A stretch of DNA of 64,000 nucleotides. Origin: Bigelowiella natans CCMP2755. Taxonomy: Eukaryota > Protista > Cercozoa. The stretch lies in the NCBI GenBank assembly GCA_000320545.1, contig ADNK01003331.1, positions 1 to 64,000 on the forward strand, written 5' to 3'. Below the pieces are notes generated by a model. The model worked only from the letters and a program-made list of their open reading frames with translations, ran no database searches and was not told the DNA's origin. Below, piece after piece: positions 1 through 15,357 of this stretch (within the stretch, counting starts at the first letter, position 1; every line of letters begins with the position of its first letter). The position numbers and the translations under genes were made by a program.

Positions 1-222
1 AACATCAAACAAGTCCGTTGTGAATACTCCTTACGTGTCTGCCCAAACAGCGCGATAGAGAGAGAGACAGAGAGAGGTAGAGATAAGTGTGACTCCCTCC
101 TCCCTCACGTGCATAGGCCGTCCTACATATGTCAATAAACCTAATAACTAAAGCCTGTTCAGCGACACCAACGATCTCGTACACCAGAGGTGCAAGGCGA
201 GGTGAGTGACGCACACTATGGA

Positions 223-227
<5 letters not shown>

Positions 228-253
<26 letters not shown>

Positions 254-372
254 TGCTCGCTCGCGCTCTCGCACGCGCATGTGGGGGTCGCCGTCTCTCT
301 TTTTTTCTTTATCTCCATCTCCCTCCGCTACACACGCGCAATCGCGCGCTCTCTCGCGCGAGCGCGCGCGCG

Positions 373-413
<41 letters not shown>

Positions 414-444
414 CACACACACACACACAGACGCACCCGCGCGC

Positions 445-481
<37 letters not shown>
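228..481. repeat. Compound microsatellite (CT)n/(CG)-rich/(GA)n/(CA)n/(TA)n, representative of dozens of intronic SSRs in the window
   Basis: Directly visible; similar (TA)n, (GT)n, (GA)n, (GAA)n, (GTA)n and (GAT)n tracts occur in most host introns. Confidence 0.95.
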
Positions 482-484
<3 letters not shown>

Positions 485-593
485 TTATAATATTTATAAT
501 ACGCTCTTTCTCAATCTCTTTCACCGCATCTATTTTCCTCGTTATCGTTGTTGTCGTCCATCATGCGTTCTCTCCATCTGATGTGTGTTGCAG

Positions 594-1867
594 CTCAAAT
601 GGCTCTGGAGACGGCAGATGTGATATACTGTGAAGATACGCGCGTAAGCCAAAATCTCCTTCAACATCTCAACGCGGCTCCGAGTGGACAAAAACGGTAT
701 GTGTGTGTGTGTGCGTGTGTGTGTGTGTGTGTGTGCTTGTGCGTAAGTGATGGCAAATTTCACATGATTTTAAACCGTACACTAACAGCAGAGCGACACT
801 TGAGTTGTGTGATAATGATAAGAAAAGAATGAGAATCAAATGATAATACACACGCAACACCACGTCGTAGTTTCAAGCTCCGATCTCTGCACTCACACAA
901 CGAAGAGCACCGAACCCGTAAGGCTGCTTATCATCCTGCACTGAGAGGCTTTAAGCTATGTGAATACTAATACGAAATTTAAAAAACATCTTCTGTCAAA
1001 TTGAGGTCTAGTTTGCAGGCACATGCACCATATGGAAATAAAAAAATGAATAAAAATTATATATATGTACATAGTATTCTTCATCATTCCAGACTTTGCG
1101 TCGTTTTTATTTCTGTTCCATCTTCCTCTTATCCCCCTCCCCCCCCCCCCCCCCTATTGGCTTCTCTCACCCACCTTTTCCTTCTCAGAAGAAGTAATAG
1201 AGGCGGTAGAGTCTGGTTTGCAGGTCGCTGTGATATCTGACGCTGGAACCCCTGGTGAGCGATGTTTGCCGTTGTGTTGTGTATATATTATTAATAATCG
1301 ACGATGCCAAAAATTGTAGGATAGACACAGAGGGGAAAGTTAAAAGAGAGAATGAGAGAGAGAAAGAGAGTATGCGAGATTGAGAACGTAGACGATTTTC
1401 GCCCAGTAATCAGTCCAAGACAATGTTTTTCTATGTAAAACCGTCGTGTCGATTAAACTCCGCCGCACCTTGAATAACCATCAGGTATATCGGATCCTGG
1501 AGCACGTCTCGTAGAGGTATCACTGTGCGGTTGCAACCGCAAACAAATATCGGTTTTTCTTAATGACGTCCACATAGCCAAAACTGCCCTTTCTTTGGGA
1601 AGAAGAAGGATTTAAAGGAGCTTACTGATGACTGAAGCAATTAACGACGTATTAGTGCATCAACTACCTACCACGACCATCGTCTGTTGGTGCTGATTTG
1701 TCAATGCAACTGCAGCAAGTCGATTTGTCGTTCTTCTCACGTTTGCTGTGGTAGGCATTTCATCACCGCAAACTGCCGGTTTCACCGATCCCAGGACCAA
1801 GTGCAGTCTCGACGCTGCTCAGCGTCGCAGGAATGCCATCGAAGCACATATTTCTCGGTGCTGCCCA

Positions 1868-1907
<40 letters not shown>

Positions 1908-4597
1908 GGCCGATGGTTGATTTATCGTGATTCTCGGAATTGCATGATGCAGCATTGTTAGTGCGCATGCACAATACTGTAGTCCTTGCTTGCGTGCATG
2001 AATGTCTTCATAGACGGTTCTTACACATTCAATCTTCAGGATTCCTGCCAAAAACACGCGGGTCGCGAATTACGCGAATGAAGCAAAGCCTGAAACCTGG
2101 GTGGAGATATTGAATGTTTTTATGTTTTCCCAACGTCTCGATTATAGGAGGCATCTCGCATGTAGCGCATTTGATTTCACGTGTCCGTGTGTGTGTTTGT
2201 GTGCGTGTGTGTGTAATCGTGTTCTTTGAAGATGAGGATGTGTAAATGGCATGATTGGCGATGATCTATATTCTTTCAATTCTGCATCTACCTCTGCTTC
2301 ATGACAGCAACCATCCTTGTCTTCAGCATTTCATATTAAAAAACCGTGTTTCAAGAGTTCTGAAAAGTCAAGTGATTGTGAATTGAGGAGGAAAATGTTA
2401 TTTTGCTTTTGCGCCGTTGTCGTCGATGTTGTTGTTGTTATTGTTGCTGCTGCTGTTATTGCTACTATTGTTATTTATGCGGTCATCGTTAGGTTTACTT
2501 TGGTAGTGTTCACCCCGATGCGAGACGCAGTGGATGTGCTCACAGATCTGTCTTCCATAGCACCTACTGCTCAGGTATAGTGGGTGAAGATATCAAATTA
2601 AGCGCACGGAAAATGTGACTTGTTGGAAATCTTTGCCATTATCGTATACGAGGAGGGTGCCTTCTTAATACAATGGAAAATCTGCATGTTATGATCAGCA
2701 AAATGCTATTACTATTAACCCTTTCACCTTTTGTGTCGCTTCCGAATTTTGCATTGATTTTTCGGTTTTGCATGAAGACAGAAAGTGTGTGCGACTTCTT
2801 CTTTCTTCCTCCAGTGACATGTTCCTACGATGCGAGCATCCGTTGAGTTTCAGTCATATTTGTTTCGCAATTCTATGCTCGATAGAAGGAACGCTGCACA
2901 CTAAATCTTCCAATTATCTCTGTTCTGATCGTCGTCTGAAAAAGGTGACGCTTGGCCGCGAACTCACCAAATCGTTTGAAGAGGTCAAGACATTCCACCT
3001 ACGTGATACGTGAGTGTTCTGGCGAGTTAACGATCATGTTTGTTGTTGTTTCTGCTGCTGCTGTCTATGTGTCGCTGATTACGCTGTAAAGGTTCGCCGA
3101 GACGCCGTCAGTAGTCTGATTGAAAGTCTGCAAACAAGGCCACCAGAGCAGCTGCGAGGGTAAGTAATTTGCTCGCGTTGTTGAACGACCGGCCTTAAGA
3201 ATTGCTCGTCGCGGAGAAATTGTGTTGGCCATGTATCCATAAAACGCAATGAAAAGTATCCAGAATTCGAAATCGTCCGTGTCGTTACATGACTCCCGTC
3301 GGTGCTTTATGTTCTGCAGAGAGGCGACACTCTGCATCGCCTTGCCGCCAAGCGGTGCAACGAAGGTAACCTTTGTGATCTCGCAACAGTGGTGGGGATG
3401 GAGATGCCGTAGGATGAGAATAAAGTTGAAAATATGATGATTTTAACTGATGCACCTAGACAACAATAAATACTGTTCAATTCTAAGTTGATCTCTAGCA
3501 AAACAAAGCAGATAGTTCCATCCCCTCCTCCCCCCCCCCCTCTCTCACTCATGAGCACAATTTGCACCAGAGCAACGCTGGCTACGAGGGGGCGGGAGCA
3601 GATCGCAGCGGCTCTGCGGAAGACGTGAAAGAGGCTTCAATTGAATCTAGAAACAACGATGATGATGACGCGGAAGCATTGGTGCTAGATTTGGATGTTA
3701 CAGAAAAGGCCACGCATGTACTACTAACGTGCATCACTGACACAGATTAATATTTAGACCATATAAAAGAGATACTCGATACCTGAGCATCGATATTCTC
3801 CGAAAGTCCATGCATGTTGTAGGATCCAAAAATTGCCTAGCTTTTTATTGTTAATTTTTCGCATTGGAAGGTATCAACTATTATTTTAAAAGCAAGTAGC
3901 GAATGCACATTAAGAGCTTTTACAATGTCGCTGTTAAACAAGCCATAAATAGTTGCCTTTACTCCCAGGCCGCTACACGGATGCTGAAAGGAGGCTTATC
4001 ACGAAGGTGGGAGGATAGAAGAGTGGAGCTGATTGCAGTAGCGAATCATTTATATCGATAATTCAAAAATCTTAAATATAAATTGAATGAAATATTTCAT
4101 TCAGCCCCCCCCCCCCCCCCCCCTTTCAATGTTCTCTTATTGTTGTGCGTGTGCACCACATGCTATAAGGGACGCGACTGATGTTCTTGCCGCACTCAAA
4201 ATCGCTCCGAAACGCGAGCTCATAAAGATTGGTATCCGTCTTGTCATCATACCTACTTAGCCCATAGAGTCACATAAATATGTGGTGGTGGTGGTGGTGG
4301 TGTTGGTGGTGGTGGTGGGTAGGGTGCCTTATTTTATCTCACCTCCATGCGGGGTAGTTCTTTTCTCACACATCTGAAGACCCACAGCTACTGCTTATTC
4401 TCAAAATACGCGCCTTCCTCTGCATGTTATTTTTGTGATTGTGTATGCTCAACGCCATGCCACGGCGCACTCATTTTGCATGTATGTTATCAGTGTTACA
4501 TGCATCTGAAGCCTTGGCGCATGATGGAGAAGGAGACGATCAGAGTAGCGATACTCGACGAAAGGGAGGCAAAAAGAAAAGAAAAGGAAGCAAATAA
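594..4597 (+). CDS. rsmI: RsmI-like 16S rRNA 2'-O-methyltransferase (tetrapyrrole methylase family), multi-exon; 5' exons not resolved
   Basis: Spliced exons give ADVIYCEDTR (594-696), SLHSHNE (871-917), VAVISDAGTPG/ISDPGARLV (1189-1254, 1485-1516), PIPGPSAV (1755-1857), GFLP (2040-), LGRELTKSFEEV (2945-): the RsmI motif series. A plausible last exon ends at TAA 4595-4597. Confidence 0.85.
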
Positions 4598-5477
4598 TTC
4601 AGTTGCTCTTATTTAAGAGATGCAAAAGGCTCGGCAAGTTGTCAATTACGTATGACGTTGCATACATTTGGCAGGTTGAATTAATTAAGCAAGTAAGTGA
4701 TAGATCATCCACATGCTCAGTTACAAAGATGGTCGTTGGATCGGAAGCATAAGCGCTTCATCATATTTTTAACAAAGCGTTGCAAATATGTCTTGCTTCG
4801 CCACGATGCCAAGTGTAGCATTCCACATAGACAACTAAATAACTATGTTTTTCGTCGTGATACAACATGTATGGTTTTCCGTTGCATCGCGCAGCCCTGA
4901 CGGTTGATTCATGCTGACATCAATGCAAATGCGGCTTTCGGATTGAAAAATCGGCTACTATTCGTCGATATGCATAACACTTTTCTGAGTTATCTTTGCA
5001 ATTGCAGTGTATGTAGCGCGACAGATAGCAAGATGGTTTGCACTACGAGTAATTTGTGGTCAGCAGCACGATACTGGCTAGCTGGGCAAAGTGACTAATT
5101 ATGTAAAGCTAGCACGCATGCTCTAGATGCTGTCTTCATCTTTTATCAAAACCTCCTCATGGATGGCGCATGCATACTATACTGCGACACGCGCAAATAA
5201 TTGCTTGCCAAACGGTGAATATTATGCTATAATGCAGCGAAATACATAATCGCATACATGTGTGATTGACCGTTAGTACAATATACGTGTGGTGGCGGCT
5301 CTCAATTGAAAACATCACTATAACCTTAAAAAATTAGGTTAGACCCGCAGTCAATGGTGTGATACTCGAAAATATAATTGCATACGATTAGTTTAGATGC
5401 CCGACAAATAAGTAAGTTTCGATAAAATATGCGCCATAGAGGTCCCACATGAGAAGACATTGGCCACGCTTTCTTTC

Positions 5478-6361
5478 TTAATGTTCGTCAAAAGCTCCAT
5501 TGCCAAGAAATTCACGGAGAAGCGAGGTGCTTGGGACGTCCCTGGGGATAGAAGCATGAGTCAATCAGCATCCTCCAACCCACGATAGCAATAGTATCCG
5601 CTATGCTGCAAACTTTTGTTGTGCGTAGCGTCATCAACACCCGCCTTAACTGCGGTTTATCCCTGTTTCATCACCGTTAATGATCGCTACCCCCCCGTCC
5701 CCCCTCCTGAGATGTGAGTAGCTACCTTTCATTCCAAGCATGGACCTTGTCCAAAAGGCGAAGGAGCTCCTACCAGGTAAAAAGGCACGTAGGAAAGATG
5801 AAGTGAAATGCCATCGCCTTGTATTGCCCCAAGGACGTCACTAGAAATGGAAGGAATGCACGACGAACTTGATCGAGTTTATCTACCTGTGCTTTATCGA
5901 AGTTAGCATCGGTTGGTGGCACTCCCTACACAGCAGTAACCATACCGAATTCAGAACCAGGAAGATCAGATCGTGCACGACAAGCAACAAGGCAATTGTA
6001 GCGGCGGAATGACGCAGACGTAATTGCTGCTATCTACAAATCATCTGTTTGCTGATTACTTTGAGCAAAGGCTCGACGAAGGGTTTTAGCACACAAATCT
6101 CGTACTCATGAGCTGGAAAAACAACAACAGTTATTCATCAACAACATCTTGCGGTTTAATCCCGCCCAACCCCCCCTCACCCATCTCTGTCTCTCCATTC
6201 TTCTCACTACCTGAGTTCATGACGTAGTCCGCCTCATTTTGAAAGGGGAAGATCCAAGTTCCCTCCCCTATGGGTAGCAAACCAGCGAGAGAGGTTGTGA
6301 GACACCACATCACAAATGCATGAATAAAATACAGAAATGACCAGGTATTTAATGTAGTTGT

Positions 6362-6395
<34 letters not shown>

Positions 6396-7862
6396 CAGCA
6401 GCAGTAGTAGTAGTATAGTCGAGAAGGCGTATCCCATAGTAGTACCTCTCCTCACATTATGCCACATTGCCAGTGTCCTCGATGCAGAGTTTCCTCGGAA
6501 CAAGTAGTCTCTGATCATCAAGATATTAAGGCAGTCGTCAGCAACCATTCGCGTCCTTGGCACAAAACACTTACACACTCCTGTCAGTTTCTCAATGGTA
6601 AAAAAAACAGAGCCTCCTTCTTCATCAACCACTGCGACACTACCACTGGCAAATTTACTGCCCTTTAGCAAAGAATGGCATCTTTTCCAAAAGAAGATGG
6701 CATTCGCACAAAGGCGGTTCCCAATGGCGGAGAATGCAAACATATATGCGAGAACGTACCGGGACATTCTCCTCATCAGACGACTATCAGTACTCTTGAT
6801 GGTATCCGCCTCATCAACCTGTGATGATGGATGACGACGATGACGACAACGGCCATCAAGGCGACAACACACTCACACTTTTGTACAATCACACTTCGCC
6901 CTAGCACCATTTACGTGTATACAATAAATGGACGCGAAAGAAAACAAGTAGTCTTTAGGAAAGAAAGGTTGCACTCTCCTCCCACTCTCGTCACTCTTCT
7001 TCTATCCTCACCGATAGGCTCGTGATCGGGGATAAAAACACCTTGAATACCTACAACAAAACACAGGTTTGATCTACTGAGACGTCTACGTCATTTAGAC
7101 AACCATCATTAAACAGAGCTTTCTTCACGTTAGTTTTCCTACTGTTTATTCACCTGATCTCTTGGAATCTTGGAAGTGTAATTCGGGTTGAGAGCGTGTA
7201 TCCCCTCAATGACCAAGATACCACCCTATCAGCAGCAGCAGCAGCAGCAGCCCACACAAACAACATAAATGCACATTCTACCCACCCACCTCACGTCCAT
7301 AGCAACTGCCAATTGCCTATCCCCTCAAAATTCAGCTACTACAGCGAAGCATTCTATGCTATCACTCTTCCTCAATTTATCGTTAAGATATAAGGGGAAC
7401 ATCCACTCGAATGGAGCAATCAATCATTGCCACCATTAGCAATATCACATTTTGCGTTCCCCTCTCCATCCGCATGAGTATTATTTGTATCTCTCCCCCC
7501 CTCCCTCCTCTCCCCCCACCTTTACTACAACTATTACCTTTGGGATCTTGAATGGGGTTCCATTTCCGTCTCGGAAGCCAGTCTTCATGTTGTACTTCGG
7601 CACGTTGATCTTCAGGGAAAAACAACCGAAACAGCATGTTCACTTGACTGTACATGTAAGTCTAATGTGCATAGCAAGTTTATCATTCTGCTCTCTGAGA
7701 AGAGGAGGAGGAGGAGGAGAAGAAGAAGGCCGCTCATGATCCAAAGCAAAGAAACAACAACAACAACAACAACAACACCGATTACTCCATTACCGTTCCG
7801 CCCTTGATGAGAGTTGCGATGTGCTCGTTGACCTAGGTTGTGGATTGAAAGAAGAAGAAGAA

Positions 7863-7893
<31 letters not shown>

Positions 7894-8665
7894 GAAAATA
7901 TATGATATACTCGTTTGTGAGTAGAATGTAGTTCTTTTGGTGTTGTTGCTAGCACAGGAACATGAGGAATAAACATCATCGGAGCGAAAGAGAAAATGAA
8001 TGCAGGGAAGCTCATTTGATTGATTCTTCTGATGTTGATACACAGCTTTGAGCATTATTATTGATGTTCCAGATTTAGGGAAGGGGGGAGGTGGAGGGGA
8101 TGAAACGATGTGTTACGACTTACCAATTCAATGTCCATGCTCTCAATGTGGTCATAATCCACATCGGATCTGGCAAGAATTGCAGCAGTGATATTAGGAA
8201 TCACGAAGAGAGACAAGCACGGCGTCAAAACAGCACACATGACATACATCTTTCCTACGCAAGCAATACAACTGTAGATTAGAATGGATCATAGCTGAAA
8301 CACAATCATCATCATCATCATCACCATCACCATCATCGTCATTATAACTATCATCCTTACGATAGATACCACCTCATTTTTCTCTCTTGGTATTTGGGTT
8401 GGCGATTGAGAGGAAGATAGTAGTGATCAACCTGGTACATCGTAAAAGTTATCATCACCATCATCATCATCATTATCATCATCGTCATCAAACCGTCAGG
8501 GGACAAGCTGGCATTCCTCGATTTCGCAGCTGGTGTGTTAGCCTGACGAGCATCATCAGTAAATACGAAATGCTCAGTAAAGTGCTTAACTCTCGTTGTT
8601 GTCAAGATGATAATGTTGGTGGCATAACAATCATGAGAAAGTTGGTGGTGCTGGGCCTCTCTTTG

Positions 8666-8712
<47 letters not shown>

Positions 8713-9321
8713 TTCTCTCTCCCCCCCAAGCCCTTTCTTTCTACCTCAAACACACACATACACACACAAACACAAACACACACGCACGACTACTTTGTGG
8801 CGAATGTTGTCTTCCCACTGGAGGTTGGCCCCGCAATACACACCACACGTACATTTGAGGGCAGCATGCCCTCGGGATCTGGCCGCTCACAAATAGTCTA
8901 CGTGGAGGGGGTGGGGAAGTAAGTTGTGTTATGGAGTAATCACTAGCACTGATTTCACTGGTCCTCCTGCGCACCTTGACGATATCGACGATCCCAGCTT
9001 CCTGCATAAACTCGGATGCCTAATATCATCAACGAGATCATGATAATTTGACAAAGGATTCAGATCATGCCCGACGGGGTGAAACCAATGGGATTGCAAA
9101 ACATCATAGAAACTGCCAGGAGAAACGGGAAAGGGGGGGGGATGCGTACCAGAATGAAGTTTTTCCTGTCGCGGTTATTTGCCTCTAGCTTGTTCAAATC
9201 GCCCACGCAAGTGATGCCTTTGAAGGTAATAAAGTCACAAAATAAAAATATTAGGGTGAAGAGAGTAAAAATTGGAAGGGAGAGAAGAGAATATAAACAC
9301 ACACACACACACACACACACA

Positions 9322-9369
<48 letters not shown>

Positions 9370-10613
9370 GAGAGAGATAGAGAGAGAGGGCGAGCAATGA
9401 ATGAAAATGACGATTCTATTATATTGTCTGGAATGGCCGACCGTTGTGCACACCCCATTGGCCCTTAGATGTCACAGAGCCAACAAGCGCTTGAAGGAAG
9501 GGGAGCGGAAGAAATACAAGATAAAATAAAAGAAGAAGAAGAAGAAGAAGAGAAGAAAGAAGTTATGATGATGGTGCATGGTAATTGAGAGAAGATATCA
9601 GTGGGAGGTTATTTCTTTGGGATTGTTGTCATTTTGAAGTGGTAGCAGTAGTAGTAGGCATATTATTCATCTATCAGAGACCTTAGAAGTGTACGTTACG
9701 ACATAAAGTAAGGGAGTGCAGATTCGGCCAGGTGTGTGTTATATACAGAGTATAGAAGCACTTTGCACAAAACAGATCGTCGTTTTGATGGAGAAGACGA
9801 AGTTGTTGATGGGCTGTTTACCTGGCTGCGGCTCATAATCTTTCACATACGTTAGCAAAATCCCTATTTTGTTCGAATTCAAATCCCAATCGTCGTACTG
9901 AACCCCCCCCCCCCAGCCTTTTGCTTCTCCTTTTCCTCACCATCGTCGTCTCACCACCATGATCTTTATTTAAAGCTTAGAGTTTCTTACTACTATTATT
10001 AACCTTTCCCCTCCTTCTTGACGGCCCAGACCCCATTCTCAAGGCAGCCGAGGCACTCGTACCTACAAAGGAGGAGGGAGGGGAGATTATGCTTCAATCG
10101 ATATACAAAGCTCGACGGAGTCGGCAGCAACGGTTATTACTACCAATGCCACAACTAGTATTCTTGCTATTTTAGTTATTCTTCACGGTAAAACATACAG
10201 CTCGCTGTCGCAAATACGCATTTGGGGGCCGCAGGTGTTGGCGTTGACTTTTCCCTCCACACGGCTCCGGAGAAGAGCTTCTGACCTGATGATCACGGTG
10301 TTCACTTCCAACATCTACTCTCAACCCAACCATGATGTATAATGTAAAGAAGTGGTGATAACATGCACGTCCTCATTCTTCTTCTTCTTTCTCTGCAAAT
10401 AATATCATCAGTGTAATTGTGAGGTGAAATGCATACATATTCAGGCCCTTCGCGTTGAAGTAAGCGATTGCATCCTTCCAATCTACTTTTTCCTGTTCCA
10501 ACACATCACGTACTGCTTACACTAACTCAAAATAGTGACATACTCATCGCACAACTTTATGATACGTATATTCAAAATTCCTAGCTATCTACGCGTACAG
10601 AAGCATATATATA

Positions 10614-10662
<49 letters not shown>

Positions 10663-10998
10663 CTACACGTGCAAAAACAGAAACACACATACACACACAC
10701 GCGCGCGCGCATAAACACTCTTAAATACGTTATCATCAGTGGTGTTTGTTGTTTACTGCAGCTTTCATTGACTTTCACTACCGTTACAATGGGTGCCTTC
10801 GTGTCGATAAGCTGTTGTAGAGCAACTCGTAGCGTCGCCACATCAGCCTTTCACCAAGAGACCAGAAGAGAGGTAACAGGAAATCCAACAGATTCAGTCA
10901 AAAGCCATAATGATATTATACTAGTACATCTATGAGTAGCATCCTGGGGAAAGATATCTGATCATATTCATACTATATTTATTATATTTTAATATATA

Positions 10999-11034
<36 letters not shown>

Positions 11035-11227
11035 AAATATTCTATGAACATCCAAATTCTAAATTATGTGTACGTGTGAATGAAAATTCGTTTCCAACGA
11101 CTGTAATGGAGTAGAATATGTGATATCTTAAAATAAATAAAACAAAATTTTCAGCCCCTATTACCTCCGTCATCTCGGAGCCATCCTCGAAGAAATAAAG
11201 GTACCTTACATTGTAACTAATCTGTGA

Positions 11228-11272
<45 letters not shown>

Positions 11273-11993
11273 AAGTAGAACGGAGATGTACCATCCCCCA
11301 TATGCGTGCATGTAGAACAGTCATCAACAAATGCATATAATTTTACCCTGCTCCAACAGCACGGCCTCCCACAACCAATTTGCCTGGAAAGGCCTTCTCT
11401 GCAGCCAGGGATAGTGCGTAGCGAAGGGTACGACGATGTTTCACTACATAGCAACGGCGGTGGAGAGAATTGAAAAGAGATTTATGTAAGGACGAATATA
11501 AGATATATATTTTGAGAGTAGTGCAATAATCATCAGTACCGATATCATATTGCGTCGCTGCCTTCTTCGCATTGGCAGTGGAGATCGAGTAGCAGGACAA
11601 CAGCAAAGCAGCACCCCCTCCTACAATTGAAACGGCTAGAGGAGCTGAAGACTTCCTTGCTCTTAAAGTTGCTAGAGAGAAGAGGCGCTGCGGAGTTCGA
11701 CGAACAGAAGAACAACCTAGAGTTAGGATTGATGTAATCAGAGGTTGGTACAGAAGATAGGAAGAGATCTATCTTTTCATTGCATATCCGAAGCCCATTT
11801 CAGTACTAACCCACCCCTACTTTGAGGTAGAGAAGTGAATCTTCGATGGATCTTCGAAAGCATACGAGACATCATTATTATCCGGAGTCTCTTTCCCCGC
11901 TTCTGAAATAGCGGCTAGCAGGGCAGGGGACGACGGGCTTGAGCTCGGCGCGACTCTGCGCCCGACGACCTTGTCGTCCAATATGAATTTCAT
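5478..11993 (-). CDS. Uridine kinase / phosphoribulokinase-like nucleoside kinase with long N-terminal extension, multi-exon
   Basis: Minus-strand exons: P-loop IAGPTSSGKTTFA (~8790-8840), VDHYYLP (~8410), DVDYDHIESMD (~8150), RLMRRMSR/DYLFRGNSASRTLAMWHNVRRG/EGTWIFPFQNEADYVMNS (6210-6790), C-terminal SLLREFLGNG with stop at 5478-5480. Start codon approximate. Confidence 0.82.
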
Positions 11994-12280
11994 GTCACTT
12001 ACAAGTTGCGTCAAGTAGAATCACAGGAGAAATTATTACCAGCATCCAGGATACTTTTCTCTTGTCGACGTATTTGAACCACATACCTTTTACAGCAGCG
12101 TCAAATCAAAAATAGCTCTTAGGATAAGAATACGAAATATATCCGATGATTTGTCCTCCACCATGTGTCAGGAGTGTATCCTGAAGTTCGAACTTGTGCG
12201 TTCACATAGTCATGTGACGAGACCCTCATTTATTAATAAGTTAATTCAAAGATATTTCATTGTCGCATGCTGTTTATCCC

Positions 12281-15200
12281 ATGAATCAATACAACTTTTC
12301 TATCACAGGTGAAAGAGGACGGAGCGAGCTTCCCCCGTCGAGGTAGATCTATGCGAATTTGCCAGAGCAAAGAAACTTTCAGAGAGAGGGAAGGTTCACA
12401 CGGTTGTATTGAATATTGTGGTTGGGGTTGCATGATGTCTTAGATCTATGTTTTTAATATCTTTCGTGCCGTAAGGAACAAGATGTTTGATGTGCAATGT
12501 TTATGGCCGGTTTGATCGCTGTTTTCTTTTGGCATTTGGTAAACATGGAAACACAATTTAGATTCCGTATTATGATAAAGGTATAGAATTCTAGTAAAGT
12601 AGTGACGGAAGATAGTACGGCAAAACCCTTCGTGACTCATCTCTTTCTTTTGATTTCTGAATTTAAAATAGGGACGGTGACATGTTCGAAGAAGAATGAT
12701 TATGTCTTCCGCCTTTCTGCTGCTTCGAATATTGTAAGGGATGGAGGGTGTAGAGCCCCAATTCTCCCTCCTTGGGGTGTGCAAGTACCAATCTCGATGG
12801 CGAGCACTGATATTTGTGGGAGGAAGGAGGGAGAACCTCGGATGTTATGACTCTCCCATAGAAGCTGCAGTAGCCTATGATAAACGCGCAGCATATTTGG
12901 GTCGAAAATCCCTCAACTTTCCAGAGAGGCGTTCATTGTATCTCGAGTTGGTTCACTCAGCAAATGATAAGGCTGGCACTACCTCGAAAGATGTGGGTAG
13001 ACCAAAAAGAGGAATCAGGAAGCAGTTGTCATGTCCCCCCTCAGCTTCATTTCGCGAGTCAAAGCGAAAATTACTCCAGATGCGTCTTCATCGAGGACAC
13101 AAGTCTCAGCTAACATTTACCTCTAAATCGACAGCTTATGAAGGTACTTTTTATTGATGGTAATTACACTATTAACACTGAGCTGCGGACTCATCATCAT
13201 TGTTCCATTTGCAATATGATTCAGGAACCACTGTGCCGAAGTATTCACAAAGTGGTCGAAAGGCAATGGCTAACACTGCAGAGCAAATCGCACTTGAGGG
13301 AGGATTTGGAGGTTAATGTTTAAAATCTCACGGCCGTATGTTCACATGATATATAAATTTAAATCTGAGGATTCTGTTCTATCGAATTTATTGCCTGAAT
13401 GTTATTCATAGATCACACCCCCCCTCTACTTCGGAATTCCGCTGTACTTGCCACTCCGGACGAATGCTATCGTTGGAAAAATTCTGGTTCTTGCCGATGG
13501 GGTGACAAATGCCAATATTTGCATCTCGGGACAAAGAGAAAAATAAATCAAATGGAAGACAGTGAAAATTTAGGAGGAAGTATGGCTGTCCCGAAAAATA
13601 AAAACAGAAAAACGATGGGAGAAGCAAGGGAAAAACGGAATGCAGAAAATGTAATGCGTATTGAAAAATTGGACAAGGAAGGAGAGTTTCATGCAAAAGA
13701 CGGTGGAGAGGACAGTAGAAAGAAATCGGCTGGGGAAGTAGGTCGAAATGTCTCTCGTAATGTTGCATTTCATAATGCTGCATCCGGTGGAAAAGATCAA
13801 TGGTCCATTCCGACAACACTTTCAACTTCCGTCGAGCTAACATCTTACAAAAATTCTGAATCACTAGCCAAAACGTCACAAATTTCTAGAAGTGACTCAT
13901 TGGAAATTCCAGGCAAATTTGTTGGGAGCATGAAAGAAATTCAGACGTGTTATCATGTGGATGACACCGTGTCTAGCTCATCAATACTGGAACAAAAAAG
14001 AGCGAGACGAGGAGAAAAAATTGAGGAGAGGACATCTACACCGCCCATAAGCAGTTCGACAGCATCTTCGCAACCATTGTTAATAAGCAAGAACAGATCA
14101 TTGCTTGGGGATATACTTGAGCAAGTAGATGGATTAAAAGGAAATAGGAGCAGCTTGGAGAAATCAGAGACTGGAATAAGAAAAGCTGAAAAGGGTGTGA
14201 TAGTTCTGACGGATGGATCGAAAAACAAAGAGATCGTTGAAAGTGGAAGCAGGATTTGCAATTCGGCCTCATCTTCAGAGAAGAATAGCTTCGATAGCAA
14301 GAAGACTAACTCAGAGCTAGGAAAGCCACCTACAGATAATAAAGGACAGGCAATAAAGGAGTTACGAAGCCAACTGACAGCAAAAACAAAGTCATCAGTT
14401 GAAGTGCTCAAAAACGAAGTCGGATTTACAGCTACAAAAGCTTGTGTTCCAAATCAGCGACCGATGGAGGTATATCTAAATGAATAGTCTATAATGAATG
14501 ATTAGAAATTTCGAACGATTAATTTTTGAAATTATTATCTTTTCTACGTATTTGCGTTCGAAACTAAGACTTTATGTATGTCAAATTATCTCAGCAAAAT
14601 TTGTTAGTTTCTGGGAACATTCCAGAAAAATCAATTATTAGTCGAAAACAAGATGAAGTAAAGGATATTCAAGGAAAGCAAGGTACTTTATCATTTGAAT
14701 TCGAATTTTGACCCTTTTCCAAAACAGTTGAAGGGAGTGGTGAGAAAATCATGTTTCTAGTTTAAATTTTCATTTTTGGCTGTTTTGTGATAGATATATG
14801 TTTGTTAACTAGAAAAAGAATTCTGCTATTCTCTCATGGTGCACGGAAGGTGCACGGATGCTGCATGTGTTGCTTTTCACGCGAAATACATACAAAATGC
14901 ATTGTTTTGGAAGCATGCTACTCGTAAGCCATGCAAACATTGGATCTTTTCCAATTCCTGTGGAAACAAAGTATGCGAATTTACTCACGACAACTGGTAC
15001 TAGGATAATTCAAAAAGGTCTACTTTCATGTCCTAATATTGTCTCTTTCAGGATTCTGCGTAAGATGAAACTTCTGCGAGAAAAAAGAGTCAATCAAGTA
15101 AACTTAAATAATGAAAGTTGGAAAAACAGTAAAGTTAATCAGAGCTCTTATGGAGTGGCTGGAGAGGATGCGCCTGGAGAGAAGGAAAATGATGGCATGG

Positions 15201-15316
15201 CCAAAAAAAGGAAGGTTACTTTTACGGCGGGTGCAAACATTGAGATGTACACTAGCAAAGAAGTGGGAGCATTAATAGATAAATTCTGTGTTTCAGTTTT
15301 TACATTCTTATTACAA

Positions 15317-15357
<41 letters not shown>

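Noticed and set aside
5-633. ORFs with YIYI/ERER/THTH runs here and throughout the window
   Set aside because: They are translations of intronic microsatellites.
11343-11400. LVVGGRAVGAG as an E1/ThiF nucleotide-binding motif
   Set aside because: Downstream exons of the same gene carry clear uridine-kinase motifs, and no other E1 features were found.
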